Positions 29,989 to 40,500 of a stretch of DNA of 64,000 nucleotides are shown in pieces. Source of the stretch: Candidatus Latescibacterota bacterium. Its GTDB lineage: Bacteria > Latescibacterota > UBA2968 > GCA-2709665. The translations under genes were made by a program, and so were the position numbers. The stretch lies in contig CBDCOX010000002.1 of the NCBI GenBank assembly GCA_965219995.1, positions 1,184,001 through 1,248,000 on the forward strand, read 5' to 3'. The notes beneath the pieces are model-generated. The model worked only from the letters and a program-made list of their open reading frames with translations. It did not search any database and had not been told where the DNA came from. Positions within the stretch are counted from its first letter, which is position 1, and each line of letters opens with the position of its first letter.

Positions 29989-31596
29989 ATGTCAGACTTT
30001 GTACAGATATACGATTCCACCCTGAGAGACGGCGCACAGGCCGAAGGCATCGCATTTTCGCTGGATGACAAGCTGATGATCGCGCAGCGCCTCGACGAAC
30101 TCGGTGTTCAATACATCGAGGGCGGGTGGCCGAATCCCACCAATCCCAAAGACCTTGAATTCTTCAATCGCATCCGCGAACTCCCGCTCGAGAATGCGAA
30201 GGTTGCCGCCTTCGGCAGCACCCGCCGGGCGAACAATCATCCGGAGGATGACGGTATTCTCAACACCCTGCTCCAGGCGGACACGAACGTGGTCACCCTC
30301 TTCGGCAAGTCCTGGGAGCTGCACGTCACCCACGTCCTCCGCACCACTCGCGACGAAAACCTGAAACTCATCCAGGACTCCGTCGCGTTCATCGGATCGA
30401 ACGGGCGCGAGGTCGTCTACGACGCGGAGCACTTCTTCGACGGGTACAAGGCCGACCCGCACTACGCCGTCGCCACGCTGCTGGCGGCACAGGACGGCGG
30501 CGCCCGCATTCTCGTTCTTTGCGACACCAACGGCGGCACCCTGCCCTCGGAACTGCAGGAAATCATCGAAAACGTAAAGCAAAAGATCAGCCTGCCGTTT
30601 GGGATCCACACCCACAACGACGCTGGCGTGGGCGTCGCCAACACGCTTGTGGCCGTAGAAATGGGCGCGGCGCAGGTCCAGGGTACTTTCAATGGATACG
30701 GGGAGCGCTGCGGCAACGCCAATCTCTGTTCCATCATTCCGAGCCTCGAGCTGAAACTCGATAAAATCAGCATCGGCCCCGGAAAGCTGGCGAAATTGAT
30801 GGACTTTTCCCGTTTCCTGAGCGAAATCGCAAACGTCCATCACGACCACCGGCAGCCTTACGTGGGGGAGAGCGCGTTTGCGCACAAGGGCGGGGTTCAC
30901 ATCGACGCCATGGTCAAACAACCGGCCACGTACGAACACTGCGATCCGGAGGATGTGGGGAACGAGCGGCGTTTTCTGCTGTCCGAACAATCCGGGAGCG
31001 CCACCATCGCCGCCAAGTTGAATCACCTCATCCCCGGACTCGACAAAAAGCATCCCGCGCTTCAGCGCCTGCTTCGACAGATCAAGCAACTCGAAAACGA
31101 GGGCTACGTGTTCGAGGCGGCGGAGGCGTCCTTCGAAATCCTGGCGCGCAAGGCGCTCGGCGCCATTTCCGACCCGTTCCGGCTCATCGGATTCCGCACC
31201 ATCAACCGGAAATCCGCGGAAGGGACGGAAGTCGAAGCGATCGTCAAAGTCGAGGTGGAGGGTCGGACCTATCACACGGTGGCCGATGGAGACGGCCCGG
31301 TAAACGCGCTGGACGCGGCGCTGCGACAGGGGTTGGAACAGGAGTACCCCATCCTCAAGGACGTCCACCTCGAAGACTACAAGGTCCGCGTCCTGTCCGC
31401 CCACGACGGCACTGCCGCAAGGGTACGGGTACTCATCGAGTCCTCGGACAGCCGGAGGATCTGGAATACGATCGGCGTGTCCGAAAATATCATAGAAGCC
31501 AGCTGGATCGCTCTGGTGGACAGCCTCACGTACAAGCTGCTCCTGGAGGGCGTCCTTGCAAACACAGAACCGATCCTGCATGAAGCGCTGGCATGA
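29989..31596 (+). CDS. cimA: Citramalate synthase
   Basis: IYDSTLRDGAQAEG, EGGWP, FGKSW, DAEHFFDGYK, LCDTNGG, AFAHKGGVH, FEAAEASFE, DYKVRVL. Confidence 0.92.
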   Translation: MSDFVQIYDSTLRDGAQAEGIAFSLDDKLMIAQRLDELGVQYIEGGWPNPTNPKDLEFFNRIRELPLENAKVAAFGSTRRANNHPEDDGILNTLLQADTNVVTLFGKSWELHVTHVLRTTRDENLKLIQDSVAFIGSNGREVVYDAEHFFDGYKADPHYAVATLLAAQDGGARILVLCDTNGGTLPSELQEIIENVKQKISLPFGIHTHNDAGVGVANTLVAVEMGAAQVQGTFNGYGERCGNANLCSIIPSLELKLDKISIGPGKLAKLMDFSRFLSEIANVHHDHRQPYVGESAFAHKGGVHIDAMVKQPATYEHCDPEDVGNERRFLLSEQSGSATIAAKLNHLIPGLDKKHPALQRLLRQIKQLENEGYVFEAAEASFEILARKALGAISDPFRLIGFRTINRKSAEGTEVEAIVKVEVEGRTYHTVADGDGPVNALDAALRQGLEQEYPILKDVHLEDYKVRVLSAHDGTAARVRVLIESSDSRRIWNTIGVSENIIEASWIALVDSLTYKLLLEGVLANTEPILHEALA

Positions 31597-31648
31597 GTCC
31601 CGCGCCCGCCGGGCCTGACGGGTTCGGGTCTCCTTTCCGATTGAAAAA

Positions 31649-32821
31649 ATGAAAATCACCTCCCGCAGAATCGAACGCCTTCCGCCGTACGTATTTGCCG
31701 AGGTCAACGCGCACAAGATGCGCCTGCGCCGGCAGGGTCTGGATATCATCGACCTGGGGATGGGAAATCCGGACCAGCCCACTCCGGCGCACATTGTGGA
31801 CAAGCTCATCGAAGTCGCCGGTGATCCGAAAACCCACCGCTATGCCCCGTCGCAGGGGATCGCCGCGTTGCGCGCGGCAATCTGCCGGCATTACAGGCGG
31901 CGTTTCGGCGTCGACCTGGACCCCGACACGGAGGCCCTCGCCACCATCGGCTCCAAGGAGGGCCTCGCCCACATCTGCCTGGCGCTCCTGGATCCCGGAG
32001 ATCTCGCCATCGTACCCAACCCGGCCTACCCGCTGCATCTCTACGGCGTGGCCATTGCGAACGGCAATGTTCTGAGCCTCCCCCTGCGACCGGAAAAGGA
32101 GTTTATCCCTGAAATCCAGATGGTGGCGAGGGAGCTGTGGCCGAAACCGAAGATGATGATTTTCAACTTCCCGAACAACCCCACGACGGCGACGGTTGAC
32201 GCTGCTTTTTTCGAAGAGATCGTGGATTTCGCCAGGCGGCAGGAAATCGTGATCATCCACGATATGGCGTATTCCGATATCGTCTTCGACGGCTACCGTG
32301 CACCCAGTCTGCTCCAGGTGAAAGGGGCGAAGGAAGTGGGCGTGGAATTCTATACCATGTCCAAGACCTACAACATGGCCGGTTGGCGGGTCGGTTTCTG
32401 TCTGGGCAATCCGGAAGTCATCGAAGCGCTGAAGACGATAAAACACTATTACGACTATGGTATCTTCACGCCCATCCAGGTCGCCGCCATCGCCGCCCTG
32501 GACGGTCCCCAGGACTGCGTCGTTCAGGCCGCCGAGATCTACCGATCCAGGCGCGACGTGCTGGTCGAGGGACTCAACCGGATCGGCTGGCCCGTTTTCA
32601 AACCCAAGGCGTCGATGTTCATCTGGACGCCGATTCCCGACAAATACCGCTACCTGGGCTCCATGAGGTTTGCCCTCAAGATGATGGAGGAAGCGGAGGT
32701 CGCTGTTTCACCGGGGATCGGTTTCGGCGACATGGGCGAGGGTTACGTTCGTATTTCTCTCATTGAAAACGAACACCGGATCCGTCAGGCCATCCGAAAT
32801 ATCAAGCGGGCATTCTTCTGA
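31649..32821 (+). CDS. alaC: Class I PLP aminotransferase, AlaC (YfdZ)-like
   Basis: RLPPYVFAEVN, DLGMGNPD, TIGSKEG, SKTYNMAGWRVG, DYGIFTPIQVA. Confidence 0.75.
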   Translation: MKITSRRIERLPPYVFAEVNAHKMRLRRQGLDIIDLGMGNPDQPTPAHIVDKLIEVAGDPKTHRYAPSQGIAALRAAICRHYRRRFGVDLDPDTEALATIGSKEGLAHICLALLDPGDLAIVPNPAYPLHLYGVAIANGNVLSLPLRPEKEFIPEIQMVARELWPKPKMMIFNFPNNPTTATVDAAFFEEIVDFARRQEIVIIHDMAYSDIVFDGYRAPSLLQVKGAKEVGVEFYTMSKTYNMAGWRVGFCLGNPEVIEALKTIKHYYDYGIFTPIQVAAIAALDGPQDCVVQAAEIYRSRRDVLVEGLNRIGWPVFKPKASMFIWTPIPDKYRYLGSMRFALKMMEEAEVAVSPGIGFGDMGEGYVRISLIENEHRIRQAIRNIKRAFF

Positions 32822-32832
32822 GAGGATCGGCT

Positions 32833-34026
32833 TTGAACGTCACCGAAGGGAGTTGCATCTGCCCCGAAGGATTCCGCGCCTCGGGTATCGCCTGCGGCCT
32901 CAAGCCGGAAGGCAGGGATATGGCCCTCATCGCGTCAGCCGGACCGGCGGCGGCGGCGGGGGTATTCACGACCAACCGGGTCCAGGCGGCCCCGATCCGG
33001 GTCAACCGGGAACACCTGATCGACAATACCGCGCAGGCCATCGTCGTCAACAGCAGGAACGCCAATGCCTGTACGGGCGAACGAGGGTTGGCCGATGCCC
33101 GGCTCACGGCCCTCGAGGTGGCGCGCGAACTCGACATCGCGCCCGAAGACGTGCTGGTCAACTCGACAGGCGTGATCGGCGTGCCGCTCCCTATGGAAAA
33201 CATCCGTGCGGGCATCCCTGCGGCGGTCCGCGGCCTTCGCGAGGATGGCTGGGCGGACGCCGCTCTCGCGATCATGACCACCGATACGGTGCCGAAGCAG
33301 GCGTCCGTGGAAATCCGGCTCGATGGGCGCACGGTTACCATCTCCGGAATCGCGAAGGGCGCAGGGATGATCGCGCCCGATATGGCCACAATGCTTGGCT
33401 TCGTCGTCACGGACGCCGCTGTGCCGCCGGGACGGCTGGAAACGTGTCTCCACGTGGCTGCAGACCGGTCTTTCAACTGCATCACCGTGGACGGCGACAC
33501 CAGCACGAACGACACGGTACTCCTGCTGGCCAACGGCGCCGCGTGCCGCCGCCCGATATCCGGCGGCGAGGTCGAGACATTTCAGGACGGACTGAACGCC
33601 GTCTGCGGCAGCCTGGCCAGGCAGATCGCGCGCGACGGGGAGGGAGCAACCAAGCTCATCACCATCCGGGTCGCCGGCGCCCCGACCCGTCGGGATGCCC
33701 GAAAGATCGGCCTGGCCGTCGGCAATTCCAACCTCGTCAAGACCGCCGTCTTCGGCAGAGACCCGAACTGGGGCCGGATCCTGTGCGCGATCGGGTACGC
33801 CGGCGTTCCGGTCGAACCCGGCAGGATCTCCGTGTCGATGGCCGGCATCCCCATCTACGGCGAAGGAGGCGGCCTTCCTTTCGATGCCGGGGATGCCATT
33901 CGGGCATTGTCGGCGTCGGACGTGGAAATCGGAATCAACCTCGGCCTGGGTGACGAAACCGCAACGGTCTACACCTGCGACCTGACGTACGACTACGTCA
34001 GGATCAACGCCGAATACACGACCTGA
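32833..34026 (+). CDS. argJ: Bifunctional glutamate N-acetyltransferase / ornithine acetyltransferase
   Basis: NANACTG, IMTTDT, KGAGMIAPDMATML, DGDTSTND, DGEGATK, DPNWGR, YVRINAEYTT. Confidence 0.96.
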   Translation: MNVTEGSCICPEGFRASGIACGLKPEGRDMALIASAGPAAAAGVFTTNRVQAAPIRVNREHLIDNTAQAIVVNSRNANACTGERGLADARLTALEVARELDIAPEDVLVNSTGVIGVPLPMENIRAGIPAAVRGLREDGWADAALAIMTTDTVPKQASVEIRLDGRTVTISGIAKGAGMIAPDMATMLGFVVTDAAVPPGRLETCLHVAADRSFNCITVDGDTSTNDTVLLLANGAACRRPISGGEVETFQDGLNAVCGSLARQIARDGEGATKLITIRVAGAPTRRDARKIGLAVGNSNLVKTAVFGRDPNWGRILCAIGYAGVPVEPGRISVSMAGIPIYGEGGGLPFDAGDAIRALSASDVEIGINLGLGDETATVYTCDLTYDYVRINAEYTT

Positions 34027-34118
34027 CGGGGCGCCGACGTGATGATTGAAGCGGACCCGCGCGGCGGCTCCGGTGAACGCAGCATGCGGTTCCCGTGATC
34101 GCACGCACCCCGTAGTCG

Positions 34119-35321
34119 ATGCAAACCATGGATACGACCGACTCGTCGTTCGCCAGACGCGTTCTCGATATCGATGAATCGCTTACCGTCGCCACGTTTG
34201 CCCGAATGGGTGAATTGAAGCGCGCGGGCATGGATGTCATCGCCCTGGTCGCGGGAGAACCCGATTTCGACACCCCCGGAAACATCAAGGATGCCGGGAT
34301 CCAGGCGATCGTCGACGGACACACCAAATACACCGCGCCCGCGTCGGGCCTGCCCGAACTCAGACGGGCGATCGCGTGCAAACTCGATAGAGAAAACAAC
34401 CTGGCCTACGACCCGTCGGAGATTGTTGTCACCTGCGGCGCCAAACAGGTTATCTTCGACGCGGTCGTGGCGCTGATCAACCCCGGCGACGAAGCCATTA
34501 TTCCCGCGCCTTTCTGGGTCAGCTACGCTGACCAGGTCAGACTGATGGGCGGCCGGCCGGTCATTCTGAAGACAACCGAGGCAACGGGTTTCAGGCTCAC
34601 CCCCGGGATGCTTGCGGACGCCATCACTGCGCGGTCCAAGCTCGTACTCCTGAACAGTCCGTGCAATCCGACCGGCGAAGTGTACACGCCCGAAGAACTG
34701 GGTGCACTTGCCGACGTAATCGCTGATGCCGGCATCTACGCGATCGCGGACGAGATCTATGAAAAAATCGTCTATAACGGCGCCGAGCACGTCTCGATCG
34801 CCGCCATTCATCCTGAGATCAAACGAAGAACGCTGCTTGTCAACGGTTTCTCCAAGGCGTACGCGATGACCGGCTGGCGGGTGGGCTACGGCGCCGGTCC
34901 GCCCGACCTGATGACACTGATCGCCAGAGTACAGAGCCAGGAAACCACCAACACGTGCACGATTTCCCAGTACGCGGCCATCGAGGCGCTCAACGGGCCT
35001 CAGGATAGCGTGGAAGCCATGCGAGCCGCATTCCAGGAGCGACGCAATCTGATCGTCGGCCGTCTGAACGACATGCCGGGGGTCTCGTGCCGCCTTCCGG
35101 GGGGCGCCTTCTATGCCTTTCCGAACGTGTCCGCCCTGTATGGCGAACGGATCGGGAACGACGTCGAACTCGCCAATTACCTCCTGGAAACCGCCGGGAC
35201 GGGCTGCGTACCGGGCAGCGGCTTTGGTTCCGGAGACCACCTGCGCTTCTCCTATGCCGCGTCTTTACCGGAGATTCGGGAGGCCATGGACCGCATCGAA
35301 GCCGCCGTCAGGCGGATTTAG
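34119..35321 (+). CDS. aspC: Aspartate aminotransferase family (class I) PLP enzyme
   Basis: GEPDFDTP, NSPCNPTG, DEIYE, NGFSKAYAMTGWRVGY. Confidence 0.82.
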   Translation: MQTMDTTDSSFARRVLDIDESLTVATFARMGELKRAGMDVIALVAGEPDFDTPGNIKDAGIQAIVDGHTKYTAPASGLPELRRAIACKLDRENNLAYDPSEIVVTCGAKQVIFDAVVALINPGDEAIIPAPFWVSYADQVRLMGGRPVILKTTEATGFRLTPGMLADAITARSKLVLLNSPCNPTGEVYTPEELGALADVIADAGIYAIADEIYEKIVYNGAEHVSIAAIHPEIKRRTLLVNGFSKAYAMTGWRVGYGAGPPDLMTLIARVQSQETTNTCTISQYAAIEALNGPQDSVEAMRAAFQERRNLIVGRLNDMPGVSCRLPGGAFYAFPNVSALYGERIGNDVELANYLLETAGTGCVPGSGFGSGDHLRFSYAASLPEIREAMDRIEAAVRRI

Positions 35322-35330
35322 TGTTCTGTC
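35319..35330 (+). repeat. 12-bp copy of the MITE left end (TAGTGTTCTGTC) at the aspC stop
   Basis: Identical to 29639-29650, and in both cases the TAG is the gene's stop codon. Confidence 0.5.
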
Positions 35331-35342
35331 GGAAAGGATCTC

Positions 35343-36314
35343 ATGACCATGACGGACAAGAAGAAAATCTACCTGGATTTCGAGCGTCCCATTGCAGAAC
35401 TGGAGGAGAAGATCGAGGACCTGAAGAACCGTGCCGAGAACGAAAAGTTCGACATGACGGCCGAGCTCTCTACTCTGGAAAAACGGCTGCAAAAGCTGGA
35501 GAACGAAGTCTACTCGGACATGAGCCGGTGGCAGATATACCAGATGGCGGGGCACCCCCAGCGCCCGCATACGCTGGATTTCATACGATTGATGCTCACC
35601 GACTTTACGGAACTTCGCGGCGACCGGACGTTTAAAGACGATCCCGCTCTGGTGAGCGGCTTCGCCCGCCTCGAAGGACAACCCCTCCTGGTCCTTGGAA
35701 CGCAGAAAGGACGCAACACAAAGGAAAATATCCACCGGAACTTCGGCATGGCCCACCCCGAAGGGTATCGAAAGGCGCTTCGCGTCATGAAACTCGCCGC
35801 CAAATTCAAACGCCCCGTCCTGTGTCTCATCGATACGCCCGGCGCCTACCCCGGCATCGGATCCGAGGAACGGAGCGTTTCGGAAGCCATCGCCAGGAAT
35901 CTCTTCGAAATTTCCAGGCTTCCCGTTCCAATCATCGTCGTCATCATCGGCGAGGGCGCAAGCGGCGGTGCGCTCGGAATCGGGGTCGGCGACAGAATCC
36001 TGATGCTGGAAAACGCGTGGTACTCCGTAATCAACCCTCAGTCCTGTTCTCTCATTCTCTGGCGGAATCGCGACAAGAGAGAAGAAGCGGCCGAAGCGCT
36101 GAAGATCACCGCGCCGGATCTGGTTCCCCTCGGGATCGTCGACAGAATCGTACCCGAGCCGTTCGGCGGCGCGCACAGAGATCCCGTGACCGCGGCCGGT
36201 AACCTGAAGCGGATACTGCTGGACGAACTTCAGCATCTCCAGGGCATTCGCCCCGACGAACTGGTGCGCGAGCGGGTCGACAAATTCGGTAGGATGGGGG
36301 TCTGGGACGAATGA
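35343..36314 (+). CDS. accA: Acetyl-CoA carboxylase carboxyltransferase alpha subunit
   Basis: [41 protein letters not shown]. Confidence 0.96.
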   Translation: MTMTDKKKIYLDFERPIAELEEKIEDLKNRAENEKFDMTAELSTLEKRLQKLENEVYSDMSRWQIYQMAGHPQRPHTLDFIRLMLTDFTELRGDRTFKDDPALVSGFARLEGQPLLVLGTQKGRNTKENIHRNFGMAHPEGYRKALRVMKLAAKFKRPVLCLIDTPGAYPGIGSEERSVSEAIARNLFEISRLPVPIIVVIIGEGASGGALGIGVGDRILMLENAWYSVINPQSCSLILWRNRDKREEAAEALKITAPDLVPLGIVDRIVPEPFGGAHRDPVTAAGNLKRILLDELQHLQGIRPDELVRERVDKFGRMGVWDE

Positions 36315-36618
36315 CCCGCACCCGCGACGGTTTCACCGGATCTACATCGTCTCCACACGGCAAAATTAGCAAAAAATGGGCCAGTGATTGCCCGTTTTTT
36401 TTTTGTCTTGACGTCTTTCGGCGCCGGGATTTTTCTAACTTGCTGTTTACGCGGGACGTTTCTGGATCTGTGCGAAATTCCGGATTCCTGTTAGGGTAGA
36501 ATGGCCCGCGGATACCCTCCACACTGCCAAAAAAATTTTCAGTACGTCCAGCCAGTTGTGTTTCAATATCTTATGCGAACATCGCAACTCCTGTCTCTCA
36601 TTTTTCTCAATTTACCCC

Positions 36619-36647
36619 TTGACGAGAGGGGCATCGAGTTATATATT
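36619..36647 (+). promoter_or_regulatory. Sigma70-type promoter with no long ORF downstream
   Basis: TTGACG-N17-TATATT in an AT-rich intergenic region. Confidence 0.5.
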
Positions 36648-37103
36648 TTCAATCGTTCTTGCGAAGAGACTGTCTTCTCATAAGACATTGCCTTGGAGCA
36701 ATTTACATAGACTAATCCGTGCGTTTTTTCCAGCAGAAGCTCGTCGGGAATCGCGCCCGGATTCCAGAAGGAACCGGGGGTTTTCCGCGGTTCGTTTTGA
36801 TGTTGGGCCCGGACCGGCACGATCAAGACAGAAGGTCCCGGGAATTGGACGTCGCAGGTTCCTCGTCTTCCTGGCAGCTATTGTTTTAATGGGCGGTATG
36901 GCCGTTACCGGAATTCGCTTCGGCAACTGATCCAGCCCGGGGGAAGTTGAAAGCATCGGCTCTTTGGTTGGCGGCAGTCTTATTGGGGGAGATAATACTG
37001 CCAGCTAGACCGATCACGTAGAACCGCTGCTTTTTTTCCTATGCATCGAGGCTCGGTGTCGAACCGGTTTTCCAGTACGTCCTGCCGCCCGTTTTTTTCG
37101 TCG

Positions 37104-39473
37104 TCAGCGACCCTCCAGCCATCCCCGTGCGTTTATCCCCTCCTCGTCGATCCTGATTTCCACCGCACCCATCAGATCGGTCCGATAGATCGAGATCCCC
37201 ATAGCCTCATAACGCTGAATCACCTCGGGAGACGGATGGCGAAATTTGTTCCTGATCCCGCACGAGACCGCTGCAAGCTCCGGACGCACACCGTTCAGAA
37301 AAGCGGCGGTGGACGAGGTTCGGGAACCGTGGTGGGCCGCCTTCAACACCTGGGCGTGAAGTCGGTCGCCCCATCGCAGCAGGTCCGAATCGGTCTCATG
37401 TTCGATGTCGCCCGTTAATAGAACGGCGGAACTTCCGTAGGTCAGCCGGATGACCACGGAACCGTTGTTGAGTCCCATCGGGGCCGGCCCTTTTTTCGAG
37501 ACATAATCCGGTGTGGGGTGAAGAACGAGGGCGTCCACGCCGCCCAGTCCCGCGAGCCGGTCCCCAGCCTCCACTGAGGCATAACGGATGCCCTTCTCCT
37601 GGATCAGCGTCCGGATCCGCCGCGCCGTCCAGGAATCGTAATGTTGCCCGGCGTCCAGGTACCATCCGACCTTTACCCTCTCCAGGAGCGTCACGAATCC
37701 GCCGATATGATCGCTGTGCGGGTGGGAAGCCACCACCACGTCGATGCGGCTGATTCCCTCCGCCTTCAAAAACGGGATCAGCACCCGCTCTCCCATATCG
37801 ATGTTCACCGCACGCAGACCGCCGTCTACCAGCATGGTCCTCCCGTTCGGAAACCTCAGAAAGATTCCGTCACCCTGTCCCACGTCCAGTATCAGCAACC
37901 GCAGGCCGGCGCCTCGCGACCAGAAGTCCGACCAGACCCAGAGATTCGCCAGACACAACGCGACGATCACAATCCCGCGGCCCCAACGCTGCGACCTGGC
38001 TTCGGGAAGGATGAGGAGGACCGCGCAGAGATACAACCCCACGGTCGTCCAGCCGGGTCGCGGTATTTCCACGGCGGCCCAGGCCGGTCCGGCGAACCAG
38101 CCTGCCGTCTGGATGGCACCCTTCAGGACAAGCCAGTTTGCGCCGTTCAACAACGCGGCGACCGGCGGAGAAACGTGAAAGACGATCACGCCGAGCAGCC
38201 CCAGCGCGACGGCAGCCGCCATCAGGGGCACCACGACCAGATTGGCGAGAACCGAGACAACCGAGAGAAAACCGAAATAGGTCAGCACGAAGGGCAGCGT
38301 GCCCACCTGCGCAGCCACCGATACGGCCAGCGGCGACCATACCCAGTGTGCGAGGCCGCCCGCGCCGCCACCTGGCAGCCAGGCGCGGATCGGTCGATAG
38401 AACAGCAGGATTCCTCCGGTGGCGGAAAAAGAGAGTTGGAATCCCACGTCGAACAGGTCCTGGGGCCTGAAAACCAGAATCACAAGAGCCGCCAGCCCGA
38501 GTGAATTCAACCCATCGCCCTGCGTGTTTCCCAGGCGACCCCAAATGGTGATCGCGCACATCATGGCGGCTCTCACCACCGACGGCGGAAGCCCGGTTAC
38601 CAGCGCGTAGAGCAGCACGCCGCAAACGGTTGCCCAGGCTGTGGTTCTCCTGCCGCATCCGAGCGCGCCGAGACCGAAGAAAACCACTGCGGCAATCAGA
38701 CCCACGTGCAGGCCGGAAACGGCCAGGACGTGGTTTACGCCGGCCCTCGTAAACGCGGTCCGCACGCCGTCTGCCACCCCGCGTTTCTCGCCCAGCAATA
38801 CCCCGTTCAGCAGTCCCGCCGGCCCTCCCGAAAGGTTGTTCGCCACGCCGCGGCGCACACCCCTGCGCACGGGCAGCACGACGTACGTCCACAGCCAGCC
38901 CCCCCGGCCCGCGCGGGTGTCCAGGACCTGTTCCGTCCTGAACACCGACCCCATGGCGTGGATTCCCTTCCGTTTCAGAAAGGCTCGGTAATCGAACGCG
39001 CCCGGATTTCTGGCCGGGTGCGGCCGCCGCAGGTTGAGCCGCGTCACCAGACGGTCTCCGTAATCCACCCGCGGCCTGAACTTCCAGAACCGCACGAGAA
39101 CCGCGCCACGAACCGAAAACACCGTATCACGCACGGCCACCCTCTCTGCGGCGAGCCGCAGTCGCAGCCCGTCTTCCATCCATTCAGGTTCTTCAGCAAC
39201 GCGCCCGTGGAGCACCACCGGATGGTCCCGCCCCGCAAGTCGCGCAACATGGTCTTCGGGCAACCGCTGCGTAACGCTTTCGTACCTGAGGGCCCCCAGA
39301 ACAAGCAAGAGGGCCGCCGGCCACGCGGTGCGCCGTTTCCACCGGATCAGCGACACGATCCAGAGCGCGAGACCACCGCCCCAAAGCGTCCATACCGGCA
39401 ACTCCCACAGATGTGCCAGGAGCACGCCCGCTGCAAAAAACGCCGCGGACGACAACGCCGGACGATACATCAC
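37104..39473 (-). CDS. comEC: DNA internalization competence protein ComEC/Rec2
   Basis: NPGAFDY, HVLAVSGLHV, GFQLSF, LDVGQGD, metallo-beta-lactamase SHPHSDHIGG, HHGS. Confidence 0.95.
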   Translation of the reverse strand: MMYRPALSSAAFFAAGVLLAHLWELPVWTLWGGGLALWIVSLIRWKRRTAWPAALLLVLGALRYESVTQRLPEDHVARLAGRDHPVVLHGRVAEEPEWMEDGLRLRLAAERVAVRDTVFSVRGAVLVRFWKFRPRVDYGDRLVTRLNLRRPHPARNPGAFDYRAFLKRKGIHAMGSVFRTEQVLDTRAGRGGWLWTYVVLPVRRGVRRGVANNLSGGPAGLLNGVLLGEKRGVADGVRTAFTRAGVNHVLAVSGLHVGLIAAVVFFGLGALGCGRRTTAWATVCGVLLYALVTGLPPSVVRAAMMCAITIWGRLGNTQGDGLNSLGLAALVILVFRPQDLFDVGFQLSFSATGGILLFYRPIRAWLPGGGAGGLAHWVWSPLAVSVAAQVGTLPFVLTYFGFLSVVSVLANLVVVPLMAAAVALGLLGVIVFHVSPPVAALLNGANWLVLKGAIQTAGWFAGPAWAAVEIPRPGWTTVGLYLCAVLLILPEARSQRWGRGIVIVALCLANLWVWSDFWSRGAGLRLLILDVGQGDGIFLRFPNGRTMLVDGGLRAVNIDMGERVLIPFLKAEGISRIDVVVASHPHSDHIGGFVTLLERVKVGWYLDAGQHYDSWTARRIRTLIQEKGIRYASVEAGDRLAGLGGVDALVLHPTPDYVSKKGPAPMGLNNGSVVIRLTYGSSAVLLTGDIEHETDSDLLRWGDRLHAQVLKAAHHGSRTSSTAAFLNGVRPELAAVSCGIRNKFRHPSPEVIQRYEAMGISIYRTDLMGAVEIRIDEEGINARGWLEGR

Positions 39474-39651
39474 CGCTCCCTCCGTTTGGCCCCGGGTTCG
39501 CGATACGCTTCTGCAAATTTCGTGCCGCTCCCGATAGCGGCGGATTTACGGGGATTCCCGTTGTTGTATGGAACGATCCTTTCAATCGATGTCACGAAAT
39601 GTTCATGGGTATCCCGTCCCTCCCGGGACTCGACGCCGCCGGAACAATCAA

Positions 39652-39680
39652 TTGACAATACCCGGTGGAGATACTATATT
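39652..39680 (+). promoter_or_regulatory. Sigma70-type promoter of the truA operon
   Basis: TTGACA-N17-TATATT. Confidence 0.65.
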
Positions 39681-39750
39681 TCGGTGAAAATCCGTCGGTC
39701 AGCGGTCTACATTCGCGGCGTCCCCGACATTTCATGCCGATCCAGCTGGA

Positions 39751-40497
39751 ATGCAACGGAATATTCGGCTTCGACTGGAATACGACGGTACAGATTTCAA
39801 GGGCTGGCAGATTCAGCCCGACCAGCGCACCGTCCAGGGAACACTGGAGTCCTGCCTGGAGTCGCTGATGGGACACCGGGTCCGCACCGTCGGCGCCGGG
39901 CGCACGGATGCAGGCGTTCACGCACTCGAGCAGGTGGCCAATTTTGCCACGTTCAACCCGCTGCCGTTGCAACGCGTCGAGGCCGCATTGAACAGGTTGT
40001 TGCCGCCCGACGTGGTCGTCCTAAACGCAGACGAGGTTTCACCCACGTTTCACGCACGACGTTGCGCAAGTCGCCGGAGTTACCTGTATCGCATCACGTA
40101 CCGCCGCCGGGCCATCGGCCGCGGACAGGCGTGGCACCTGCGAAGCAGGCTGAATATCGACGCGATGCAGTCCGCGGCGACACACACGCTGGGCTGCCAT
40201 GATTTCACGTCGTTCTGCGTGGCTGCGGCCGAGAAGGAGAACCGGGTCTGCCGCGTATTCGAGTGCATGCTGACCAGCATCGACGACGCCGTCCACGTGG
40301 AGATTTCCGCCGACAGGTTTCTTCGATCGATGGTGCGCGGCATTGTGGGTACCCTGGTGCAGGTGGGAAGAGGCACCCGCGCACCCGACGCGATAGACAC
40401 CATTCTGCAGGCCCGTGACAGGCGGTACGCGGGGCCCAGCGCCCCGCCCCAGGGCCTTTTCTTAAAAAAAGTGACTTACGACGACCCGGAAGTATAA
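39751..40497 (+). CDS. truA: tRNA pseudouridine(38-40) synthase
   Basis: YDGTDFKGWQ, GAGRTDAGVHA, FHAR, FLRSMVR, APPQGL. Confidence 0.96.
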   Translation: MQRNIRLRLEYDGTDFKGWQIQPDQRTVQGTLESCLESLMGHRVRTVGAGRTDAGVHALEQVANFATFNPLPLQRVEAALNRLLPPDVVVLNADEVSPTFHARRCASRRSYLYRITYRRRAIGRGQAWHLRSRLNIDAMQSAATHTLGCHDFTSFCVAAAEKENRVCRVFECMLTSIDDAVHVEISADRFLRSMVRGIVGTLVQVGRGTRAPDAIDTILQARDRRYAGPSAPPQGLFLKKVTYDDPEV

Positions 40498-40500
40498 CGC

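Noticed and set aside
29992-31809. 605-aa antisense ORF (likewise 57768..59441, 42998..44398, 17498..18904, 21237..22544)
   Set aside because: These are shadow ORFs opposite well-supported genes, expected from high-GC codon bias, and carry no recognisable motifs.
36315-37103. Replication origin
   Set aside because: The region is AT-rich, but I found no clustered DnaA boxes (TTATCCACA-like) and no dnaA, gidA or parAB context.
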